Positions 1-8,833 of a DNA stretch of 64,000 nt are shown here, piece after piece (position 1 is the stretch's first letter; every line of letters starts with the position of its first letter). The DNA comes from Blastocladiella emersonii ATCC 22665 (Eukaryota > Fungi > Blastocladiomycota), in NCBI GenBank assembly GCA_025594325.1, contig JANHCV010000017.1, positions 372,001 through 436,000 on the forward strand, written 5' to 3'. The position numbers and the translations under genes were made by a program. The notes under the pieces were generated by a model. That model had not been told where the DNA came from and searched no databases. It saw only the letters and a list, made by a program, of their open reading frames with translations.

Positions 1-372
1 CAAAGTCCACGGTCCAATCAACGAGGTAAACAGCGAACTTGTCAAACTGCCAACCTGCCAACCAAACACCCACGCCGCTTCTCAAGCCACGGTGGGCCCG
101 CGCATTTGCGTTGCCGTCCCAGCCAACGAAGGAATGACTGATGAGCCCTGGTAGCCTGCTAGACTGACAGCCTGACAGCGCCCGCTCAGTTGCTATTATC
201 TATCTCGTAGGTAGTCTGGGAGGAGTTCGTTAGTCGATACGCGACCAGTCTCCTCCTGGCTGCCCGCTCTGCTGCCATCTCCAAGGCCCGCATGAAGATG
301 GGCCAGGGAGGTTTACGAGCATTTCCTATCTCTCCTCTCTCCGTGTGAAACCATTCACCCGCGGACGGATGC

Positions 373-491
373 GCACCACGCACCGTGCACCGCGCACCGC
401 GCACCGCGCACCGCGCACCGTGCACCGCGCACCGCGCACCGCGCACAGCGCACCGCGGACAGCGCACCGCGGACAGCGCCCGATGCACCAC
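373..491. repeat. 7-bp minisatellite (GCACCGC)n, one per unit, 9-18 copies
   Basis: U1 reads gcaccac gcaccgt (gcaccgc)4 gcaccgt (gcaccgc)3 gcacagc gcaccgc ggacagc gcaccgc ggacagc gcccgat gcaccac. Confidence 0.97.
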
Positions 492-737
492 ACGCTGCGC
501 ACACGGCGCCAACGGCCACGCTGGTGTCACGCACACACACTCGCATGAACGGCAAGCAGGCAAGGCTTCCTCAACTCAACCATGATCCATCGTCCATGTC
601 TGCTCGCTCCAACGGGTGCGCCTGCCTACCCTCCCAGTGCCATCGATTGATTGATTCATGTCCAGTGCTGCCCATGCTTTCATGGCCGCGGGGTCCGTCA
701 GAACGCCTTGCAATGCGTGCGCCTGCATGCACCTGCA

Positions 738-789
738 CTGCAGAGCGCTGCAGAGGGCTGCACAGCGCTGCGGAGGGCTGCAGAGGGCT
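738..789. repeat. 10-bp minisatellite (consensus CTGCAGAGGG), 5 copies (7 in U2)
   Basis: ctgcagagcg ctgcagaggg ctgcacagcg ctgcggaggg ctgcagaggg ct. Confidence 0.93.
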
Positions 790-960
790 AAGGCGGCAGG
801 GCTTCTCCTCCTGCAGGGGACAGTACCAAGGCCAAGGAGTGCTAGTGACTACTAACGGAATGGTGATTGGCCCCCTTCACACGCTCCTGGCAGGACTGCG
901 TGTGGGCGTGCGGGCGTTTGTGCGTGCGTGCCTTGATTCGTCCACCATCATACGCGCAAA

Positions 961-1060
961 GTGACCAAGTGACCAAGTGACCAAGTGACCAAGTGACCAA
1001 GTGACCAAGGTGACCAAGGTGACCAAGGTGACCAAGGTGACCAAGGTGACCAAGTGACAC
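961..1060. repeat. Compound minisatellite (GTGACCAA)5 (GTGACCAAG)5 GTGACCAA GTGACAC
   Basis: Read directly. The 8-mer block has 3 copies in U6, U7, U8, U17 and U18. Confidence 0.97.
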
Positions 1061-1248
1061 ACAAGCACCAAGCTAGGGTGGCCGGGCGGCCATGGAACGT
1101 ACTGCATGGGAACCATTACCGTGGACTGGCCGCGGCCATTTATCGCAGCACAGCCCTGCCTGGCTCAGGACGCGGCGGGCGTGGGAGGCAGGCAGGGTAG
1201 ATCGGTAGCAGCAGCAGGACCTGGCTAGCTGGCTGTCAAACAACACAA

Positions 1249-1530
1249 GTGAAGGGGTGCGTGAGGGAGGGTGTGTTGAATGAATGGATGGGTGGATGCA
1301 GGCAGAGAGAGACCTTCGTACGTGTCGTGGGTGATGAGGATTGGTTGGCCACCATCCACCAACGCCATGGCATGGCTGCGGGTGTCGCTGCGTGCGCCTT
1401 GGCGGGTGGTGTTGGTGGGTGGGTGGTCTTGGTGGGTGCTGTGGTGGTAGTGGAGCTAGAGTGGTGCCGTGGGGCTCTTGGGGTCCCCTTTCCTTCCTGT
1501 CTGGCCTAGGTGGGTCGGCGGACGCAGCGC
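1249..1530. other. G/T-rich low-complexity tract, including a 17-bp tandem duplication at 1404-1437
   Basis: gggtggtgttggtgggt followed by gggtggtcttggtgggt (one mismatch); many GG/GGG runs on the + strand. Confidence 0.85.
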
Positions 1531-1637
1531 GCATGCGGGCAAGGTAACAACATTGCTCACGCAATGGATCATGTATTTTATGGCAAGTAGTCTGCGAAGC
1601 AGAGACGGGGATGTCCGGCCCAATCGGACCCTCCACG

Positions 1638-2879
1638 GATCACAATATGCACGCAATGAATTGACTGATGATAGGGATGTACCAAACCAGCCACGTAGAC
1701 AATTGTCGTGGTTGTCGAACAAAACCATATTCAAATCTTTGGCAACGCGCCTGTCCAGCTAGCCAGGGACCCATGAATCACAGTATCGACCCAACAAGAT
1801 ATTAGACCATGGTAATATAGTAAACCAACCTCGTACATAATTGTCATGGTACTCAAACAAAACCATATTCAAGTCTTTGCTTTCCCGCATATCCAGCTGG
1901 CCAGGGACCCATAAATCACAGTATCGAACGAACAAGATATCTTACCATGGAAATATAGTTAACCAGCCACGCGGACAATTGTCATGGTACTCAATCGAGA
2001 CCACATTCAAGTCTTTGCTCTCCCGCATGTCAAGCTGGTTGAAGGCCCATTAATCACAGTATCGACCCAACAAGATATTTGACCATGGAAACATAGTAAA
2101 CCAGCCACGCGGATAATTGTCATGGTACTCAATCAAAACCATATTCATATTTTTGCTTCCCCGCATGTCAAGCTGGTTGAAGACCCATTAATCACAGTAT
2201 CGAACCAACAAAATATCTGACCATGGAAATATAGTCAACCAGCCACGCGGACAATTGTCATGGTACTCAATCGAAACCACATTCAAGTCTTTGCTCTCCC
2301 GCATGTCAAGCTGGTTGAAGGCCCATAAATCACAGTATCGACCCAACAAGATATTTGACCATGGAAATATAGTAAACCAGCCACGCGGATAATTGTCATG
2401 GTACTCAATCAAAACCATATTCAAGTCTTTGCTTTCCCGCACGTCCAGCTGGTTGAAGGCCCATAAATCACAGTATCGACCCAACAAAGTATCTGACAAC
2501 CGAAATATAGCAGACAATCCACGCAGACAATTGTCATGCCACCTAATCAAAACCATATTCAAGTCTTTGCTTTCCCACATGTCAAGCTGGTTGAAGGCCC
2601 ATAAATCACAGTATCGAACCAACGAAATATCTGACCATGGAAATATAGTAAAGCAGCCACGCAGATAATTGTCATGGTACTTAATCAAAACCATATTCAT
2701 ATTTTTGCTTCCCCGCATGTCAAGCTGGTTGAAGGCCCATAAATCACAGTATCGAACGAACAAGATATCTTACCATGGAAATATAGTTAACCAGCCACGC
2801 AAATGATTGTCATGCCACTTAATCAAAACCATACTCAAATGGTCGATTACCCTCACGTCCAAGCGGCCAAGGACCCAAA
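1638..2879. repeat. Array of nine 138-bp monomers (R0-R8), ~43% GC, one per unit (seven monomers in U5, U6, U9)
   Basis: aatcacagtatcga recurs at 1776, 1914, 2052, 2190, 2328, 2466, 2604 and 2742. A diverged R0 starts at 1638. The monomers align without indels. R5 has 59/138 G+C. Confidence 0.97.
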
Positions 2880-2961
2880 CCGCCAGATACCCAAATCTAC
2901 GACCACGTTGCGCACACTCCACTAGCCAACTCTTCGATCCCCTAATTATGGAGCCCGTCGT

Positions 2962-5928
2962 CAAAGTCCACGGTCCAATCAACGAGGTAAACAGCGAACT
3001 TGTCAAACTGCCAACCTGCCAACCAAACACCCACGCCGCTTCTCAAGCCACGGTGGGCCCGCGCATTTGCGTTGCCGTCCCAGCCAACGAAGGAATGACT
3101 GATGAGCCCTGGTAGCCTGCTAGACTGACAGCCTGACAGCGCCCGCTCAGTTGCTATTATCTATCTCGTAGGTAGTCTGGGAGGAGTTCGTTAGTCGATA
3201 CGCGACCAGTCTCCTCCTGGCTGCCCGCTCTGCTGCCATCTCCAAGGCCCGCATGAAGATGGGCCAGGGAGGTTTACGAGCATTTCCTATCTCTCCTCTC
3301 TCCGTGTGAAACCATTCACCCGCGGACGGATGCGCACCACGCACCGTGCACCGCGCACCGCGCACCGCGCACCGCGCACCGTGCACCGCGCACCGCGCAC
3401 CGCGCACAGCGCACCGCGGACAGCGCCCGATGCACCACACGCTGCGCACACGGCGCCAACGGCCACGCTGGTGTCACGCACACACACTCGCATGAACGGC
3501 AAGCAGGCAAGGCTTCCTCAACTCAACCATGATCCATCGTCCATGTCTGCTCGCTCCAACGGGTGCGCCTGCCTACCCTCCCAGTGCCATCGATTGATTG
3601 ATTCATGTCCAGTGCTGCCCATGCTTTCATGGCCGCGGGGTCCGTCAGAACGCCTTGCAATGCGTGCGCCTGCATGCACCTGCACTGCAGAGCGCTGCAG
3701 AGGGCTGCACAGCGCTGCGGAGGGCTGCACAGCGCTGCGGAGGGCTGCAGAGGGCTAAGGCGGCAGGGCTTCTCCTCCTGCAGGGGACAGTACCAAGGCC
3801 AAGGAGTGCTAGTGACTACTAACGGAATGGTGATTGGCCCCCTTCACACGCTCCTGGCAGGACTGCGTGTGGGCGTGCGGGCGTTTGTGCGTGCGTGCCT
3901 TGATTCGTCCACCATCATACGCGCAAAGTGACCAAGTGACCAAGTGACCAAGTGACCAAGTGACCAAGTGACCAAGGTGACCAAGGTGACCAAGGTGACC
4001 AAGGTGACCAAGGTGACCAAGTGACACACAAGCACCAAGCTAGGGTGGCCGGGCGGCCATGGAACGTACTGCATGGGAACCATTACCGTGGACTGGCCGC
4101 GGCCATTTATCGCAGCACAGCCCTGCCTGGCTCAGGACGCGGCGGGCGTGGGAGGCAGGCAGGGTAGATCGGTAGCAGCAGCAGGACCTGGCTAGCTGGC
4201 TGTCAAACAACACAAGTGAAGGGGTGCGTGAGGGAGGGTGTGTTGAATGAATGGATGGGTGGATGCAGGCAGAGAGAGACCTTCGTACGTGTCGTGGGTG
4301 ATGAGGATTGGTTGGCCACCATCCACCAACGCCATGGCATGGCTGCGGGTGTCGCTGCGTGCGCCTTGGCGGGTGGTGTTGGTGGGTGGGTGGTCTTGGT
4401 GGGTGCTGTGGTGGTAGTGGAGCTAGAGTGGTGCCGTGGGGCTCTTGGGGTCCCCTTTCCTTCCTGTCTGGCCTAGGTGGGTCGGCGGACGCAGCGCGCA
4501 TGCGGGCAAGGTAACAACATTGCTCACGCAATGGATCATGTATTTTATGGCAAGTAGTCTGCGAAGCAGAGACGGGGATGTCCGGCCCAATCGGACCCTC
4601 CACGGATCACAATATGCACGCAATGAATTGACTGATGATAGGGATGTACCAAACCAGCCACGTAGACAATTGTCGTGGTTGTCGAACAAAACCATATTCA
4701 AATCTTTGGCAACGCGCCTGTCCAGCTAGCCAGGGACCCATGAATCACAGTATCGACCCAACAAGATATTAGACCATGGTAATATAGTAAACCAACCTCG
4801 TACATAATTGTCATGGTACTCAAACAAAACCATATTCAAGTCTTTGCTTTCCCGCATATCCAGCTGGCCAGGGACCCATAAATCACAGTATCGAACGAAC
4901 AAGATATCTTACCATGGAAATATAGTTAACCAGCCACGCGGACAATTGTCATGGTACTCAATCGAGACCACATTCAAGTCTTTGCTCTCCCGCATGTCAA
5001 GCTGGTTGAAGGCCCATTAATCACAGTATCGACCCAACAAGATATTTGACCATGGAAACATAGTAAACCAGCCACGCGGATAATTGTCATGGTACTCAAT
5101 CAAAACCATATTCATATTTTTGCTTCCCCGCATGTCAAGCTGGTTGAAGACCCATTAATCACAGTATCGAACCAACAAAATATCTGACCATGGAAATATA
5201 GTTAACCAGCCACGCGGACAATTGTCATGGTACTCAATCGAAACCACATTCAAGTCTTTGCTCTCCCGCATGTCAAGCTGGTTGAAGGCCCATAAATCAC
5301 AGTATCGACCCAACAAGATATTTGACCATGGAAATATAGTAAACCAGCCACGCGGATAATTGTCATGGTACTCAATCAAAACCATATTCAAGTCTTTGCT
5401 TTCCCACATGTCAAGCTGGTTGAAGGCCCATAAATCACAGTATCGACCCAACAAAGTATCTGACAACCGAAATATAGCAGACAATCCACGCAGACAATTG
5501 TCATGCCACCTAATCAAAACCATATTGAAGTCTTTGCTTTCCCACATGTCAAGCTGGTTGAAGGCCCATAAATCACAGTATCGAACCAACGAAATATCTG
5601 ACCATGGAAATATAGTAAAGCAGCCACGCAGATAATTGTCATGGTACTTAATCAAAACCATATTCATATTTTTGCTTCCCCGCATGTCAAGCTGGTTGAA
5701 GGCCCATAAATCACAGTATCGAACGAACAAGATATCTTACCATGGAAATATAGTTAACCAGCCACGCAAATGATTGTCATGCCACTTAATCAAAACCATA
5801 CTCAAATGGTCGATTACCCTCACGTCCAAGCGGCCAAGGACCCAAACCGCCAGATACCCAAATCTACGACCACGTTGCGCACACTCCACTAGCCAACTCT
5901 TCGATCCCCTAATTATGGAGCCCGTCGT
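2962..5928. repeat. Unit U2 (2967 bp)
   Basis: 7-mer x15, 10-mer x7 (extra 20 bp); 2236-equivalent=T; converted tract 5406-5413; private C>G at 5527. Confidence 0.97.
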
Positions 5929-8833
5929 CAAAGTCCACGGTCCAATCAACGAGGTAAACAGCGAACTTGTCAAACTGCCAACCTGCCAACCAAACACCCA
6001 CGCCGCTTCTCAAGCCACGGTGGGCCCGCGCATTTGCGTTGCCGTCCCAGCCAACGAAGGAATGACTGATGAGCCCTGGTAGCCTGCTAGACTGACAGCC
6101 TGACAGCGCCCGCTCAGTTGCTATTATCTATCTCGTAGGTAGTCTGGGAGGAGTTCGTTAGTCGATACGCGACCAGTCTCCTCCTGGCTGCCCGCTCTGC
6201 TGCCATCTCCAAGGCCCGCATGAAGATGGGCCAGGGAGGTTTACGAGCATTTCCTATCTCTCCTCTCTCCGTGTGAAACCATTCACCCGCGGACGGATGC
6301 GCACCACGCACCGTGCACCGCGCACCGCGCACCGCGCACCGCGGACAGCGCCCGATGCACCACACGCTGCGCACACGGCGCCAACGGCCACGCTGGTGTC
6401 ACGCACACACACTCGCATGAACGGCAAGCAGGCAAGGCTTCCTCAACTCAACCATGATCCATCGTCCATGTCTGCTCGCTCCAACGGGTGCGCCTGCCTA
6501 CCCTCCCAGTGCCATCGATTGATTGATTCATGTCCAGTGCTGCCCATGCTTTCATGGCCGCGGGGTCCGTCAGAACGCCTTGCAATGCGTGCGCCTGCAT
6601 GCACCTGCACTGCAGAGCGCTGCAGAGGGCTGCACAGCGCTGCGGAGGGCTGCAGAGGGCTAAGGCGGCAGGGCTTCTCCTCCTGCAGGGGACAGTACCA
6701 AGGCCAAGGAGTGCTAGTGACTACTAACGGAATGGTGATTGGCCCCCTTCACACGCTCCTGGCAGGACTGCGTGTGGGCGTGCGGGCGTTTGTGCGTGCG
6801 TGCCTTGATTCGTCCACCATCATACGCGCAAAGTGACCAAGTGACCAAGTGACCAAGTGACCAAGTGACCAAGTGACCAAGGTGACCAAGGTGACCAAGG
6901 TGACCAAGGTGACCAAGGTGACCAAGTGACACACAAGCACCAAGCTAGGGTGGCCGGGCGGCCATGGAACGTACTGCATGGGAACCATTACCGTGGACTG
7001 GCCGCGGCCATTTATCGCAGCACAGCCCTGCCTGGCTCAGGACGCGGCGGGCGTGGGAGGCAGGCAGGGTAGATCGGTAGCAGCAGCAGGACCTGGCTAG
7101 CTGGCTGTCAAACAACACAAGTGAAGGGGTGCGTGAGGGAGGGTGTGTTGAATGAATGGATGGGTGGATGCAGGCAGAGAGAGACCTTCGTACGTGTCGT
7201 GGGTGATGAGGATTGGTTGGCCACCATCCACCAACGCCATGGCATGGCTGCGGGTGTCGCTGCGTGCGCCTTGGCGGGTGGTGTTGGTGGGTGGGTGGTC
7301 TTGGTGGGTGCTGTGGTGGTAGTGGAGCTAGAGTGGTGCCGTGGGGCTCTTGGGGTCCCCTTTCCTTCCTGTCTGGCCTAGGTGGGTCGGCGGACGCAGC
7401 GCGCATGCGGGCAAGGTAACAACATTGCTCACGCAATGGATCATGTATTTTATGGCAAGTAGTCTGCGAAGCAGAGACGGGGATGTCCGGCCCAATCGGA
7501 CCCTCCACGGATCACAATATGCACGCAATGAATTGACTGATGATAGGGATGTACCAAACCAGCCACGTAGACAATTGTCGTGGTTGTCGAACAAAACCAT
7601 ATTCAAATCTTTGGCAACGCGCCTGTCCAGCTAGCCAGGGACCCATGAATCACAGTATCGACCCAACAAGATATTAGACCATGGTAATATAGTAAACCAA
7701 CCTCGTACATAATTGTCATGGTACTCAAACAAAACCATATTCAAGTCTTTGCTTTCCCGCATATCCAGCTGGCCAGGGACCCATAAATCACAGTATCGAA
7801 CGAACAAGATATCTTACCATGGAAATATAGTTAACCAGCCACGCGGACAATTGTCATGGTACTCAATCGAGACCACATTCAAGTCTTTGCTCTCCCGCAT
7901 GTCAAGCTGGTTGAAGGCCCATTAATCACAGTATCGACCCAACAAGATATTTGACCATGGAAACATAGTAAACCAGCCACGCGGATAATTGTCATGGTAC
8001 TCAATCAAAACCATATTCATATTTTTGCTTCCCCGCATGTCAAGCTGGTTGAAGACCCATTAATCACAGTATCGAACCAACAAAATATCTGACCATGGAA
8101 ATATAGTTAACCAGCCACGCGGACAATTGTCATGGTACTCAATCGAAACCACATTCAAGTCTTTGCTCTCCCGCATGTCAAGCTGGTTGAAGGCCCATAA
8201 ATCACAGTATCGACCCAACAAGATATTTGACCATGGAAATATAGTAAACCAGCCACGCGGATAATTGTCATGGTACTCAATCAAAACCATATTCAAGTCT
8301 TTGCTTTCCCGCACGTCCAGCTGGTTGAAGGCCCATAAATCACAGTATCGACCCAACAAAGTATCTGACAACCGAAATATAGCAGACAATCCACGCAGAC
8401 AATTGTCATGCCACCTAATCAAAACCATATTCAAGTCTTTGCTTTCCCACATGTCAAGCTGGTTGAAGGCCCATAAATCACAGTATCGAACCAACGAAAT
8501 ATCTGACCATGGAAATATAGTAAAGCAGCCACGCAGATAATTGTCATGGTACTTAATCAAAACCATATTCATATTTTTGCTTCCCCGCATGTCAAGCTGG
8601 TTGAAGGCCCATAAATCACAGTATCGAACGAACAAGATATCTTACCATGGAAATATAGTTAACCAGCCACGCAAATGATTGTCATGCCACTTAATCAAAA
8701 CCATACTCAAATGGTCGATTACCCTCACGTCCAAGCGGCCAAGGACCCAAACCGCCAGATACCCAAATCTACGACCACGTTGCGCACACTCCACTAGCCA
8801 ACTCTTCGATCCCCTAATTATGGAGCCCGTCGT
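5929..8833. repeat. Unit U3 (2905 bp)
   Basis: 7-mer x9 (shortest); 2236-equivalent=T. Confidence 0.97.

Larger units (their letters stand above)
1..2961. repeat. Unit U1 (2961 bp)
   Basis: 7-mer x17, 8-mer x5, nine 138-bp monomers; site 1692=C, site 2236=C. Confidence 0.97.

Noticed and set aside
138-145. Hammerhead ribozyme core CTGATGAG (also CTGATGA at 1665)
   Set aside because: There is no matching stem II plus GAAA in any permutation; the nearest GAAA (347) cannot close stem II.
138-176. C/D-box snoRNA (TGATGA ... CTGA)
   Set aside because: The boxes are only about 20-30 nt apart, there is no terminal stem, and box C lacks the leading purine.
961-1060. Telomeric repeat
   Set aside because: GTGACCAA(G) does not resemble telomere motifs I know, and it is internal and reiterated in every unit.
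1073-1092. Helitron 3' end (minus-strand hairpin followed by CTAG)
   Set aside because: The hairpin is only 2 nt from CTAG rather than about 10-12, the next base is C, there is no CTRR|TC head-to-tail junction here, and no RepHel coding sequence.
186-1636. ORFs in the GC-rich part (RAPRTAH, CAVRGAR, LGHLGH and VTLVTL repeats; 146-208 aa ORFs)
   Set aside because: They are translations of 7-, 8-, 9- and 10-mer repeats, overlap in several frames on both strands, shift frame freely between units, and show no recognisable domain.
2197-2205. Pol III B-box GTTCGATAC on the minus strand of R2, R4, R7 and R8; TTCGATCCCC near 2933
   Set aside because: No A-box or cloverleaf is evident, the motif is absent from the other monomers, and there is no T-stem.
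2368-2378. Plant rDNA transcription-start motif TATAGTA in the monomers
   Set aside because: It lacks the required downstream G run, and no rRNA sequence lies in the window.
2188-2763. 191-aa minus-strand ORF with 46-aa repeats (WAFNQLD...)
   Set aside because: It is the antisense reading of the 138-bp array. The frame has TAA stops in neighbouring monomers and is truncated in U11 and U12. It does not fit LRR, FNIP or DUF285 spacing, and its second codon positions are no more conserved than the others.
1638-2879. CRISPR array
   Set aside because: There are no unique spacers, the monomers are homologous along their full length, and no cas genes are present.
1-2961. 5S or other rRNA, U1/U2/U5/U6 snRNA, 7SL, and known SL exons (kinetoplastid, nematode, dinoflagellate)
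   Set aside because: I found no diagnostic conserved motif on either strand by eye; gctattat at 192-199 is only an 8-nt match to the trypanosome SL. An Infernal search is still needed for certainty.
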